NCBI GenBank assembly: GCA_963771075.1
Contig: CAVYSE010000011.1
Span: 288,001-352,000 of the forward strand
DNA from: a candidate division FCPU426 bacterium
GTDB taxonomy: Bacteria; Oederibacteriota; Muellerivitia; Muellerivitales; Muellerivitaceae
Direction of reading: 5' to 3'
Length of the DNA: 64,000 nt
Positions 26,682 to 38,925 of this stretch are shown in pieces. The notes under the pieces were generated by a model that was not told the origin of the DNA, did not search any database, and saw only the letters and a program-made list of their open reading frames with translations. Numbering within the stretch: position 1 is the stretch's first letter; the number at the start of each line of letters is the position of its first letter. The translations under genes were made by a program, and so were the position numbers.

Positions 26682-27641
26682 ATGCATACCGAAAACCTGA
26701 GCGCCTGGACCCACGAGCACGTTTACACCGGGCAAAATACCCATGCCGAGAACAGCACCAGGATTGTGGCCGCCATTACGGCCACGATGATGGTGGTGGA
26801 AATCGTGGCGGGGTGGCTATTGAATTCCATGGCTCTCCTGGCCGACGGCTGGCACATGAGTTCCCATACCCTGGCCATCGGCTTAAGCGCCCTGGCCTAT
26901 GCCCAGGCTCGCCGCCAGGCCACGGACGCCCGCTACGCCTTCGGCACCTGGAAGATTGAGGTTTTGGCCGGTTACACCAGCGCGGTCCTCTTAATGGTCA
27001 TCGCAGGCCTAATGGTTTGGGGTTCCATCGGCAACCTGATCACCCCCAAACCCATCCATTTCGCCCAGGCCATCCCCATCGCCATCGTGGGTTTGACGGT
27101 CAACATCGTTTGCGCGTTGATATTGGGTAATGCCCACCACCATGGACATGATCACGGCGACGGGCACGAACATTCCCATGATCCCGGTGATGACGCTCAC
27201 CACGATTTGAACCTCAAGTCGGCCTATATCCACGTGGCCGTGGATGCCGCCACCTCGGTGTTGGCGGTCCTTGCCCTGACCGGCGGGCTTTACCTGGGTT
27301 GGGTCTGGCTCGATCCGATCATGGGCATGGTTGGCGCGGGGGTGGTGTCGCTTTGGGCTTGGGGGCTGATCCGGGAAACCGGGAAGGTTCTCCTGGACCG
27401 CGAAATGGACCGGCCGGTCGTGGCTGAAATTAGGGAGGTGGTCGAGAAACACCCCGAATGGTCGAAATCGACCCGCATTTCCGACCTGCATGTTTGGCGA
27501 GTGGGGAAAGAAAACTATTCCTGCGTGTTAAGTCTGGTAACCGACGACCAGGGCCTGACCCCCCAGGCGGTCAAGGCTGCCTTAGCCCAGCACGAGGAAA
27601 TTTCCCACGTCAGCGTAGAAATCAATCTCTGCCCTCATTGA
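26682..27641 (+). CDS. CDF family Co/Ni(Zn) efflux transporter (DmeF-like)
   Basis: SMALLADGWHMSSH, His-rich loop, HDLNLKSAYIHVAVDA, ISDLHVWRVG. Confidence 0.92.
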   Translation: MHTENLSAWTHEHVYTGQNTHAENSTRIVAAITATMMVVEIVAGWLLNSMALLADGWHMSSHTLAIGLSALAYAQARRQATDARYAFGTWKIEVLAGYTSAVLLMVIAGLMVWGSIGNLITPKPIHFAQAIPIAIVGLTVNIVCALILGNAHHHGHDHGDGHEHSHDPGDDAHHDLNLKSAYIHVAVDAATSVLAVLALTGGLYLGWVWLDPIMGMVGAGVVSLWAWGLIRETGKVLLDREMDRPVVAEIREVVEKHPEWSKSTRISDLHVWRVGKENYSCVLSLVTDDQGLTPQAVKAALAQHEEISHVSVEINLCPH

Positions 27642-28130
27642 TCTTTCTGGTATGGGACAAGGTGCGATGCGTGTTGCGGGATAAAATAAAGCAATTCTAA
27701 TCCGGGCGAGGGGATGGCTTTCACGGTGAACGGCTTCAAATTCAATGGATGGGGATAAAAAAAACGCCAGAGCCGAATGAAGTTTCGGACTCTGGCGATG
27801 AAAACTTAGCGGCTTGAGGCTATTAAAGGGTCTGTTTGCGTTGTGTACCCTGGGCGATCATCCCGATGATGAACCAAGCATCGCACGCCAGCATGGCCAC
27901 GCAATAGATCGAAGCGACCCAGGCGAAGATCGTGTGTTGATCCCATAACAGGCTCCAGGCCTGTGAAATCGTTGTGTTGGGATCCTGCGAAAGGCCCATT
28001 AAGCCTGCGGCGACCATCACGATTCCCGCCACGGTCAGCATCCCCATCACCGTTAACATCTGTGATTTTTTCATGACTACCTCCCTCACTTGACGAATGT
28101 CTTTTTTTTATGAAAGACCCCCGGGGTCTT
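27615..28130 (+). repeat. ~0.5-kb direct repeat copy 2
   Basis: Homologous to 20928-21443. Confidence 0.88.
27823..28074 (-). CDS. Small 2-TM membrane protein, 83 aa
   Basis: SD GGAGG; a conserved paralogue exists; downstream hairpin plus U-tract at ~27757-27798. Confidence 0.75.
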   Translation of the reverse strand: MKKSQMLTVMGMLTVAGIVMVAAGLMGLSQDPNTTISQAWSLLWDQHTIFAWVASIYCVAMLACDAWFIIGMIAQGTQRKQTL

Positions 28131-28163
28131 CCGGCTTAAGGATTTTTCCCTCGTGTTTGTTCC

Positions 28164-28358
28164 TAACGAAAGAATAACACCCCTAACGATTTATTAACAA
28201 GATGGATTGTCCATCCAACGCCCCATCCGGAATATGACGGTGGTCACGAGCGCGCTTAAAATTAAAAACGCGGATAAAAATATTTTTTTCTCCATCAGCT
28301 TCACCGCAAAAACAAAAGATCAAATCGTAGTTATTAGTAAATCGTTAGGTTTTTGTTA
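28164..28358. promoter_or_regulatory. Further 11-bp-spaced TAAC boxes in the divergent region before kdp
   Basis: Plus strand 28164/28175 and 28184/28195; minus strand (A/G)TTAG at 28333/28344/28355. Confidence 0.55.
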
Positions 28359-28619
28359 GGCCCTACTTTTTTGTATTTACGTTGATTCTCCCTAAAAAAA
28401 TATTTTTCGGAACCCTTTTTTTACCCCCGAAAGACCCATGTCCGTAGGGTGCAAAGCCGTTTCTTTGGGGTACTGCCTTAACAAAATCCTTCATTTTAAT
28501 TTTTCCCTTATTTTTGTCGGTCCTCTCTTAACGGCATCCATATCCCCTTTAGCCGTAATGTTTCTACGACAAGGCGATCCGATCGATTTTGACGTTAAGG
28601 ACCGCTGAAGGAGGATGAC

Positions 28620-28793
28620 ATGACACGGATACTGTTTTTAATGGCGCCGGTGATTTGGGGTGGATTGGTGTTGGGCCTAGGTTACCTTGCTACCTTGGAA
28701 CGCAAATGGGCGCTGAAACAGGATGGGTTGGAAATGAACCAGGTGGTCGTTAATTCCGAATTGAACGATAGGACACAGGGATTTATTTCGTAA
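28620..28793 (+). CDS. Small single-TM protein, 57 aa, first gene of the kdp operon
   Basis: SD AAGGAGG; MTRILFLMAPVIWGGLVLGLGYLATLERKW... Confidence 0.65.
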   Translation: MTRILFLMAPVIWGGLVLGLGYLATLERKWALKQDGLEMNQVVVNSELNDRTQGFIS

Positions 28794-28809
28794 AAAGTGG
28801 AGGTGGGAA

Positions 28810-28908
28810 ATGCTCGAACTTTATTGCGTTGGAATATTCCTGGCGTTGGCAGCGTCAACCGTCTGGTTGATCGGCGCCCTGGACAAGATGATGGGAGGCG
28901 AGTCATGA
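28810..28908 (+). CDS. Small single-TM peptide, 32 aa, upstream of kdpF
   Basis: SD GGAGGT; MLELYCVGIFLALAASTVWLIGALDKMMGGES; ATGA overlap with kdpF. Confidence 0.7.
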   Translation: MLELYCVGIFLALAASTVWLIGALDKMMGGES

Positions 28909-28994
28909 GTTTGGTCTACATCATTAGCGGCATCGTGTCCGCCGGGCTCTTGGTTTACCTGGTGGCGGCGCTCCTAAAACCAGAGTGGTTTTGA
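28905..28994 (+). CDS. kdpF: K+-transporting ATPase subunit F
   Basis: MSLVYIISGIVSAGLLVYLVAALLKPEWF. Confidence 0.9.
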   Translation: MSLVYIISGIVSAGLLVYLVAALLKPEWF

Positions 28995-29063
28995 CCACTA
29001 GCTCGCAGTCCGCAGTTCGCAGTCGACAGCCAACCATCTAAAGCAAAAAAATGGAGAAAACAG

Positions 29064-30855
29064 ATGACGACGAATCAATGGGTTCAAATACTCTTTTATT
29101 TTGGGGCGCTTCTGGCCCTGTCGCTGCCCTTGGGCGCTTACATGGCGAAGGTTTACGAGAACAAGCCTTTCTTCCTTTCCAAGTGGTTCGGTTGGCTGGA
29201 AAGGCTGGTCTACCGGCTTTGCGGGGTCAAGCCGGAAGAAGAGATGGATTGGAAAAGCTACGCCCTGGCCATGCTGCTCTTCAACATCGTGGGAGGGCTC
29301 ATCCTCTACGCCATCGAGCGTTTCCAGGCGTCCCTGCCTTTGAACCCGGCGGCCCAAAGCGCGGTGCCGCCCGACCTGGCCTTTAACACGGCCATCAGTT
29401 TCATCACCAACACCAACTGGCAGTTCTACGGCGGGGAAACCACCATGAGCTACCTGACCCAAATGGCGGGCTTGGCCGTGCACAACTTTCTTTGCGCGGC
29501 GTCGGGAATGGCGACCCTGGTCGCCCTGATCCGGGGCCTCGTTCGGAAAGAAACGAAGTTCCTGGGCAACTTCTGGGCCGATATGACCCGGGGTACTCTC
29601 TATATCCTCCTGCCCTTGAGTCTTTTATTCGCATTAGTCTTGGTCCAACAAGGCGCACCCCAAACCTTCAGTAATAACGCCACGGCCACCTTGGTTCAGC
29701 CGACCTCCTATGACCAGCCGGTCACCACTGCGGCGGGCGTGCCGGTGACGTTGGACGGCAAACCCCAAATGACTCATGTGGTCGTGACCGATCAGTCCAT
29801 CGCCCTGGGGCCCGTGGCATCCCAGGAAGCCATCAAGATGCTGGGCACCAACGGCGGGGGTTTCTTCAACGTGAATTCGGCCCACCCCTACGAGAACCCC
29901 ACGCCCCTTACGGATTTACTCGAGCTTTTGGCCATCCTTTGGATACCGGCGGCCCTTTGCTTCACCTTCGGGACCATGGTGAAGGACATGAAGCAGGGCT
30001 GGGCCATCTTGGCTGCCATGTTCCTCCTGCTGGCGCCCATGCTTTACCTTTGCGTCCAACAGGAACAATCGGGAAATCCCGCTACTCAATAAACTCACGG
30101 CGGGAGCCCATGGGGCGGCCTTGGCCGACGGTAATATGGAAGGCAAGGAAGTGCGGTTCGGCGTCGCGGGTTCTTGCCTTTGGGCCTCGGTGACGACCGC
30201 CGCCTCCAACGGGTCCGTCAACTCCATGCACGATTCTTTTACGCCCCTGGGGGGAATGGTTCCAATGTGGATGATCATGCTGGGGGAAGTTTCCTTCGGC
30301 GGGGTCGGTTCGGGCCTCTACGGCATGCTGGCCTTCGTCATCCTGGCGGTTTTCGTGGCGGGACTCATGGTGGGCCGCACCCCCGAATACCTGGGTAAGA
30401 AGATCCAGACCTACGAGATGAAGATGGCCTCCATCATGATCCTGATCCCCCCCCTCCTGGTGTTGGTTTGCACGGCAGTGGCGGTGGCGACCGGCGGGGC
30501 GGGCACCAACAACCCCGGAGCCCATGGTTTTTCAGAGCTTCTTTACGCCTTTGATTCCCAATCGAATAACAACGGGAGCGCCTTCGCAGGCCTTTCGGGG
30601 AACACTCTCTACAATCTCATGGGCGGGGCCGCCATGTGGTTCGGCCGGTTTTGGCTGGCCATCCCGGTTTTGGCCATGGCGGGAAGCCTGGCGAAAAAGA
30701 AGATCGTCCCCGAGAGCGCGGGGACCCTGCCGACTCACACGGCCCTTTTCATCGTGATGCTCTTTTCAACGGTCATCATCGTGGGCGCCTTGACCTTTTT
30801 CCCAGCGCTGGCCCTGGGGCCGATCGTGGAACACTTGAAAATGATGAAGATGTAA
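29064..30855 (+). CDS. kdpA: K+-transporting ATPase subunit A (one +1 frameshift at ~30078-30080)
   Basis: [54 protein letters not shown]; removing one C rejoins the frames (GNPLLNKL). Confidence 0.93.
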
Positions 30856-30858
30856 ATG

Positions 30859-30960
30859 AAAACCAACATCCAACGCAAAGACGCCAAGTCTCCAAGAAAG
30901 GCTTAGAGAGATTTTTTATTTTAAAAGAATTTCAGATTCTTTTTGCGGCTTGGCGTTGGA
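30859..30960. repeat. Inverted-repeat element between kdpA and kdpB
   Basis: tccaacgcaaagacgccaag...tttgcggcttggcgttgga. Confidence 0.65.
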
Positions 30961-30983
30961 TTTAGGTGTTTGGGAGTTTGCAC

Positions 30984-31250
30984 ATGTTGACTGTAGAAAA
31001 GGAAATGATTGGCCTGTTGATGAAGGGGGCCTCCAATCAGTTGGAGAACATCCAAGTTTCCTTTTTCCTAGTGGCTTGGTCCACGCTTTTATTGGCCGTA
31101 CTAAGGATGGTTCGCAATGAAAAAGAAAAGGGGAGTTTCGTCCAGGCGAAGGACCTCAAAAGCCTCGCCCAGGATTACGCGAAAAGGTCGGAAACGGAAA
31201 CCGGCGGCAGTTACGCGGGAGCCCGAAGCGCCGAAAAGAGGAGAAATTAA
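30984..31250 (+). CDS. Small single-TM protein between kdpA and kdpB
   Basis: SD GGGAG; TM VSFFLVAWSTLLLAVL; stop lies 1 bp before the kdpB ATG. Confidence 0.55.
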   Translation: MLTVEKEMIGLLMKGASNQLENIQVSFFLVAWSTLLLAVLRMVRNEKEKGSFVQAKDLKSLAQDYAKRSETETGGSYAGARSAEKRRN

Positions 31251-31251
31251 A

Positions 31252-33325
<2,074 letters not shown>

Positions 33326-33383
33326 AAACAAGCAATTGGCGGGTGGCTGATAGCTATCAGCCAAAACATTTTAGGAGGATTTC

Positions 33384-33971
33384 ATGATTAAAGAATTCGG
33401 AACCCAACTTAGGTTGTCGTTTCTGTTCGTGCTCGTCTTTACCGTCATCGTAGGATTGGCCTATCCCGGCATCGTCACGCTGTTGGGACAGGCTTTGTTC
33501 CCGCACCAGGCCAACGGCAGTTTAATCGTGGTAAACGGGAAAAAGGCCGGGTCGGAACTGATCGGACAACCGTTCGACGACCCCAAGTATTTTTGGAGTC
33601 GGCCCTCGGCCACTTCGCCCCAAGCCTATAACGCGGCCAATTCCAGCGGCTCCAACTTGGGACCCACGAACCCGGACTTCATTAATTCCGTCAAGGGAAG
33701 GATCGACGCGCTCAAGAAAGCCGATCCCGAAATGGCGGATGCCCCGGTTCCCATGGACCTGGTGACGGCTTCCGGTTCGGGGCTGGACCCGCACATCAGC
33801 CCGGCGGCCGCCGAATACCAGGTGGCCCGGGTGGCCAAGGCTCGGGGCCTGGACCCGGCGAAGGTGCGGGACCTGGTGGCCCAGAACACCCAAGGCCGGT
33901 GGCTGGGTTTTATCGGCGACCCAGGGGTCAAGGTGCTGGAACTGAACCTGGCCTTGGACGCCCTCAAATAA
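33384..33971 (+). CDS. kdpC: K+-transporting ATPase subunit C
   Basis: [48 protein letters not shown]. Confidence 0.96.
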   Translation: MIKEFGTQLRLSFLFVLVFTVIVGLAYPGIVTLLGQALFPHQANGSLIVVNGKKAGSELIGQPFDDPKYFWSRPSATSPQAYNAANSSGSNLGPTNPDFINSVKGRIDALKKADPEMADAPVPMDLVTASGSGLDPHISPAAAEYQVARVAKARGLDPAKVRDLVAQNTQGRWLGFIGDPGVKVLELNLALDALK

Positions 33972-33972
33972 G

Positions 33973-34083
33973 ATGGTCATGATGTTGAAGTTGGGGGAGA
34001 TCGCGAGCCAGGTCTGGCTTCCGGTAAGCCTGTACCTGGCGGCGCTGTTGCTGGCGGTTTATTACGCTTTTTATAACGACTGA
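33973..34083 (+). CDS. Small single-TM peptide, ~36 aa, after kdpC
   Basis: MVMMLKLGEIASQVWLPVSLYLAALLLAVYYAFYND; starts 1 bp after the kdpC stop. Confidence 0.6.
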   Translation: MVMMLKLGEIASQVWLPVSLYLAALLLAVYYAFYND

Positions 34084-34221
34084 TATCCCTTTTTCATTGG
34101 CCCATCGAGCCTTTTTGGTTGCCCCGTCGGTTTTTCCCCGTTACCCAATACCGCCCGCCCTTATTTCTTAGGCCGCCCTCCAAGCGTATAATCCCATCGT
34201 CCTAAAGCCGCATGAAAACGC

Positions 34222-34254
34222 TTTTTGGAATATTCCGCCCCTGGTGGGACTAAT
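34222..34254 (+). promoter_or_regulatory. Candidate ECF promoter (-35 GGAATA, -10 GACTAA) of the sigma gene
   Basis: TTTTTGGAATA-N9-TGGTGGGACTAAT, repeated at 38787. Confidence 0.7.
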
Positions 34255-34268
34255 AGATAGGAGTTCCT

Positions 34269-34838
34269 GTGGAAGAAAGGGAACTGGTTCGCAGGGTTCT
34301 GGATGGCGATAAAAGCGCGCAAACCGAATTTTTCCTCGTCCATCGGGACCGGCTCTACCGGACATGCGTCTACTTTTTGGGTTATCAGGACCCGGAAGCC
34401 GAGGATATCGTGCAGGAGGCCTTCATCATCGCCCTACGAAAACTGCCTGAATTCGAGTTCAAGGCCAGTTTGAACACTTGGCTGACCCAGATCTGCGTTT
34501 TTTTGTGCTACAAACGCCTTCACAAACGCCATCGAGCCGTGCTCTCCTCACACGAGGAATTGGAAGCCTTGGCCAAACCCATCGAGACGGACCCCGGCGC
34601 GCGGGAAGAAGCGGCTTTCCGGGAAAGGGTCCTTGGCCTCATCCGCGATTGCATGGATAAGATCAGCGTCGAATGCCGGCGCTTGCTGAAAATGAGGGAC
34701 CAGGATAATAAAAGCTACGCCCTTATTGGGGAAGAGATGAAGGTTCCCATCGGCACGGTCATGAGCCGCCTTTCCCGGTGCCGGGAAGCCTTGAAAGTTT
34801 TGGTGAAAAACGCGATGGGGAGCGGCTCCAATGGCTGA
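34269..34838 (+). CDS. ECF RNA polymerase sigma-70 factor
   Basis: EAEDIVQEAF...FKASLNTWL; SYALIGEEMKVPIGTVMSRLSRCR. Confidence 0.93.
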   Translation: MEERELVRRVLDGDKSAQTEFFLVHRDRLYRTCVYFLGYQDPEAEDIVQEAFIIALRKLPEFEFKASLNTWLTQICVFLCYKRLHKRHRAVLSSHEELEALAKPIETDPGAREEAAFRERVLGLIRDCMDKISVECRRLLKMRDQDNKSYALIGEEMKVPIGTVMSRLSRCREALKVLVKNAMGSGSNG

Positions 34839-35532
34839 TCTCATCCCCGATTTTTTCAAGCGCGACCTGAATGAACCCGAATGGCAAGAGCTCGAAAAGA
34901 AGCTGGAACAGGACCCTGGGGAAGCGGATCGGCTGGCCGCCCATGCGGAACAGGCCTATCTCAAGACCGGATTGCCCATGCCCCAATGGCCCCGGGGAGG
35001 TCCTGGCTTGCCTTCCCAGAAACCTTTGAGCGGGCCGGGAATATCCACCTGGATCGGAATCTCCGCGGTGGTTCTGCTGGGAACCGCCTTGGTCCTGTGG
35101 CGTTTTTGGCCCAACCCCTCCGTGGAAGTCCCGCTGAAGGCGGAACTGCCCGTGATCCCCGCGCCCCAACCCATCGACCAGGGCGCCAATATGACCGCTT
35201 CGAAAGCGGCCCCCGCCGCGGAATTGAACCAAGCCCTTTCCCCACCCCCGATGGCGATCCCGGAAAAGGTCATTTCGGAAGAAAAGGGAGCCAGTACATT
35301 GTCCGTGGTGGTGGAATTGGATTCGCCCGCGCCCGTGACCGTGGGGGTCTATGATCCATCGGGAAAACTGGACCGGGTGCTCTTCACCGGCCCCTTGAGT
35401 GCCGGGCAATGGGCGATCCATTGGGACGGGCTGCTCTCCAACGGTCAACCCGCCCCCAGCGGGGATTACCGCATCCAGGTCCGGGCCGGGATCAACTTGC
35501 TCCAAAAATCGATCCACCTGGAAACCAAATAG
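34831..35532 (+). CDS. Putative anti-sigma factor with a TM and a C-terminal FlgD-Ig/CTD-like domain
   Basis: Overlaps the sigma gene; short N-domain, TM, then VTVGVYDPSGKL...IHWDG...GQPAPSGDYRIQV. Confidence 0.75.
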   Translation: MADLIPDFFKRDLNEPEWQELEKKLEQDPGEADRLAAHAEQAYLKTGLPMPQWPRGGPGLPSQKPLSGPGISTWIGISAVVLLGTALVLWRFWPNPSVEVPLKAELPVIPAPQPIDQGANMTASKAAPAAELNQALSPPPMAIPEKVISEEKGASTLSVVVELDSPAPVTVGVYDPSGKLDRVLFTGPLSAGQWAIHWDGLLSNGQPAPSGDYRIQVRAGINLLQKSIHLETK

Positions 35533-35802
35533 GGACCCATTTCCACCTGTACGTGATCTGTCTCGCGTGTGAATAACTCAAATACCGATAAAAATTGGTT
35601 TTTTGGATAGGTGTCGATAAAAAATTTTCTGCGTGCCTCTGTCCCCTTTGGCCCGACAGGCCAAAGAATTCGTACTATACCGACCTCATTAATTGCCTTA
35701 AAGAGGGTCGCCATGTGGTGGATTTTTAGATCTTTCCTATAATAAATGGAAGTTGCGGGGCGGGACCTAGGTTGGACTAAATTCCGCACAGGGGTCTGGG
35801 GT

Positions 35803-37227
35803 ATGGGCTTAATGCGGTTCTTAATCATCTTCCCGCTGTTGTGGCTTTCCTTACCGCGTCCCGCCGCCGCCCAATTCGACGGGGACGGCCTGAAAGGCGT
35901 CTATTACGGCAGCGTCAGCCTGACCAATCCCGTTGCCACCGTAATCGACCCCATCGTGAGTTTTCGGTGGGGGGGCTGCCCGCCCGAACCCAATATGTCG
36001 GTGAGTCTTTTTTCGGTCAAGTGGACCGGATGGCTGGAACCGAGATACAGCGAGTCTTGCACCCTCATTACCGAAGTGACGGGCGGGGTCAGCGTCATCG
36101 TGAATGGCGTCACCCTCATCAGTTCCTGGACGGATACGACCCAATATCAATCCGGAACCATAAGCCTGTCCTTGGGCGTCACGGTGCCCATCGAGGTCGA
36201 TTACTTCTCGGGAGGAGCCAACCCTTCCACCACCGAAATGCAGTTGATCTGGCAGAGCCATTCCCAACCCGAGGAATTCATCCCGCGGGAGTGCCTCTTC
36301 TCGGGAGCGCCCATCACTCCCTCCCCCACACCCCAGGCTCCCTCGGGATGCCAATTCAGCCCCAGCCTCACTGACCAGTTGGGCGGGTGGGGATGGAACC
36401 AGGGGCCCGCCTGGAACGGGGTCAATAAAATCGCCTACGGCAATACCTTCGGCGCCACCGCGGCCTTCAAGACGCTTTGGGACGCCAGCAACCTGTACCT
36501 GGGGGTCACGGTCACCGATAGCCAGCTGACCCCTACGGGTAACGGGCTGGCATGGGAACATTCGGCGGTCGAGGTTTATATCGACGCAACCGACTCAAAA
36601 AGCCAGACCCTACTGCCCTCTGATTTCCAGTATTTTTTCGGGTGGAACGACTCGACCCCTATCGAGATGAACAACCGGACCGCGGGCGTGACCGTGCAAA
36701 GCACCACAATCCCGAATGGTTATTTGATGGAAGTTTCCATCCCCTGGACGACCCTGGGGTTGTCCGCGCCGACCCCGGGCCAGGCCCTGGGATTCGACTT
36801 GGGTGTGGACGTGAACCATAACGGGGGCAATTGCCGCGACGGCCAGCTCATGTGGAACGGCGGGTTCGACAACTACGTCGATACAAGCCGATATGGGACA
36901 ATCACCCTGGCGAACGCCTGCCCCACGCCCGTCTCCACCCCGCCCGCGCCCGCCCCGAACCCCTATGTTTATTCCAACCCCTCCAGCGGCCCGAACGTGA
37001 ATTTCGTCTACACCATGGCGGAGTCGGGGACGGCCCATATCAAGGTCCGCAATGCCTGGGGGAACCTGGTGGCGGAAATCAGCGACTCCAAGCCAGCCGG
37101 ATTACAGTCCAGCCAGCTGGACGTGACGTCCTTTGCGCCAGGACATTATTTCTACCGGGTGGAGCTGGATTACCAGTCGGGGCGGTCGGACCAATTCAAG
37201 CCCCAAGTTTTGGCGATCAAGAAATGA
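35803..37227 (+). CDS. Secreted PA14 + CBM9/DOMON-like sugar-binding protein with a T9SS-like CTD
   Basis: GDGLKGVYY...FSVKWTGWLEP (PA14); LWDASNLYLGVTVTD...GYLMEVSIPW...GFDLGVD (CBM9-like); YSNP...PGHYFYRV. Confidence 0.82.
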   Translation: MGLMRFLIIFPLLWLSLPRPAAAQFDGDGLKGVYYGSVSLTNPVATVIDPIVSFRWGGCPPEPNMSVSLFSVKWTGWLEPRYSESCTLITEVTGGVSVIVNGVTLISSWTDTTQYQSGTISLSLGVTVPIEVDYFSGGANPSTTEMQLIWQSHSQPEEFIPRECLFSGAPITPSPTPQAPSGCQFSPSLTDQLGGWGWNQGPAWNGVNKIAYGNTFGATAAFKTLWDASNLYLGVTVTDSQLTPTGNGLAWEHSAVEVYIDATDSKSQTLLPSDFQYFFGWNDSTPIEMNNRTAGVTVQSTTIPNGYLMEVSIPWTTLGLSAPTPGQALGFDLGVDVNHNGGNCRDGQLMWNGGFDNYVDTSRYGTITLANACPTPVSTPPAPAPNPYVYSNPSSGPNVNFVYTMAESGTAHIKVRNAWGNLVAEISDSKPAGLQSSQLDVTSFAPGHYFYRVELDYQSGRSDQFKPQVLAIKK

Positions 37228-38678
37228 GAAGATTGCCACCCCAGGGAAACAAGGTCACAAGGATTCTTTGTTTTTTTTTCGGATCATTCGCCTCGAGTCC
37301 TCAAAAAGGTCGTCTCTTCCCCCCGTGGCCAGGGGGGACAAAGAACTCAGGGCTATGCCGCCTCCTTTTTGTTTTTTTTAGGAAAGCGGCATGCGTCCCG
37401 GCGGTGTTATTTTTGGTTTTGGATTCAGGCCATTCCCAAACCGTCAATCCCGCCGCCCAGCTGGCCACACCCCTGGGCGCCTTGGGCGCCTCCGCCCGCG
37501 CGGATGCCCTGGGAGACGCTTGGGTGGGTTTGGCGGACGATCCTTCCGCCCTTTTCTTCAATAGCGCCGGACTGTCGGGCCTTCAAAACACGTCCCTTTC
37601 CATCAACCATAACAGCTACCTGGCGGGCGTCTTTGAGGAAACCCTGCTTTTCGGAATGAACGCGGGCTCGATGGGCGGATGGGGAGCGGCCGTCCAATAC
37701 GCCGGATGGGGAAACCTGGACGCGAGGGACGCGAACGGCGTTGACCAGGGTACCTTTTCCGACAGTGACGTGGGGCTGAGCGTGGGTTGGGGAGAGGAGG
37801 TCCTGGGCCATCTTTCCCTGGGCCTGGCGCTCCACGGCATCCAGCAGAAGATCGTGGACTCCCTTTACACCGACCTTTCGGGCGACCTGGGCGCGCTCTA
37901 TCATCCGGCCCCCGATCTTCGGTTGGGAGCGGCCTTTACCGGTTTAAGCACTTCCATCAATGGCTCGGCATTGGCCCAGGAACTCCACGCCGGGTTGTCC
38001 GACCGCATCCATCTGGGGGGGACGGAAAGCCTATTGGCGATGGCCTCGGGTTATTGGGAGCCCAACGGTTACAGCCGGTTACAGGGCGGCCTGGAAGGCG
38101 ACGTTGACGAACATTTTTTCCTGCGGGCGGGATATCAGCTTTCCTTGCCCGACAACCAATTTGAGGGTTTGACCGGCTTGACCGCCGGCGCGGGTTTGAA
38201 GATCGGGTCCTTCGCCTTGGATTACGCCTATGTGCCCTTCGGCGACTTCGGCGCCTCCCATCGCGTGAGTCTGGGTTATGTTTTCGAGGCCGCGAAGGAA
38301 ATCGTCAAGGTGAAGGAAATCGTGCAGGTGCCGGTCACCATCATCCAACAGGCCCTTCCCAAGCCGGTGACGGTGATCCAATCCGCGCCGCCGGTGAATC
38401 CCGGGCTTGAATTGCATTTCAAATTTCCCAGCGACCCCCTCGCGCAAGGGAAGACCCTGGAGGACCAGGGAAAATGGACGGAGGCCATCCAGTATTACCG
38501 CAATTCCGTCCTGCAGGACGCCCATAACGTGGAAGCCTGGATGCGAATGGGCAACCTTTATTACAAGGCGGGGAAGAAGGAATACGCCATCCAGTGTTTC
38601 CAATCCGTACTTTCCCTGGCACCCGATAATACCCAATTGCGGAATTGGCTGGACCAGTACAAAGCCCTCCGGCCCTAA
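37224..38678 (+). CDS. PorV/PorQ-like (UPF0164) outer-membrane barrel with a C-terminal TPR
   Basis: GASARADALGDAWVGLADDPSALFFNSAGL...LDYAYVPFGDFGASHRVSLGY; TPR EAWMRMGNLYY; exact start uncertain. Confidence 0.82.
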   Translation: MRRLPPQGNKVTRILCFFFGSFASSPQKGRLFPPWPGGTKNSGLCRLLFVFFRKAACVPAVLFLVLDSGHSQTVNPAAQLATPLGALGASARADALGDAWVGLADDPSALFFNSAGLSGLQNTSLSINHNSYLAGVFEETLLFGMNAGSMGGWGAAVQYAGWGNLDARDANGVDQGTFSDSDVGLSVGWGEEVLGHLSLGLALHGIQQKIVDSLYTDLSGDLGALYHPAPDLRLGAAFTGLSTSINGSALAQELHAGLSDRIHLGGTESLLAMASGYWEPNGYSRLQGGLEGDVDEHFFLRAGYQLSLPDNQFEGLTGLTAGAGLKIGSFALDYAYVPFGDFGASHRVSLGYVFEAAKEIVKVKEIVQVPVTIIQQALPKPVTVIQSAPPVNPGLELHFKFPSDPLAQGKTLEDQGKWTEAIQYYRNSVLQDAHNVEAWMRMGNLYYKAGKKEYAIQCFQSVLSLAPDNTQLRNWLDQYKALRP

Positions 38679-38786
38679 AGCCCTCCTAAAAACCTTTTTC
38701 TCGCGGAAATTTCACGCCAATTTGGCCGTTAAACTTCCCCGGTTAATCTATTAACTTGTAAAACCTCCCTGGCGGGGCCCCTGAAA

Positions 38787-38819
38787 TTTTTGGAATAAAC
38801 ATGGGTTGGCGGGACTAAT
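38787..38819 (+). promoter_or_regulatory. Second copy of the candidate ECF promoter, upstream of the CAZyme array
   Basis: TTTTTGGAATA-N9-TGGCGGGACTAAT. Confidence 0.7.
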
Positions 38820-38925
38820 CAGCGGGGGAAAACGGCATCTCGGTTACCGAACTATTGGGTATGCCCTTTCCTTCAAACGATTTAACTGAAATTAAATCGG
38901 AATCGAATTATTTCGGGAGGACGCC

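Noticed and set aside
28560..28620. c-di-AMP (ydaO) riboswitch before kdp
   Set aside because: Only a CCGCTGAA word is present; the leader is too short and lacks the other conserved elements
36831..37223. N-terminal 131 aa of the 615-aa ORF
   Set aside because: Overlaps the PA14-CBM9 gene in another frame; the real start is at or after 37224
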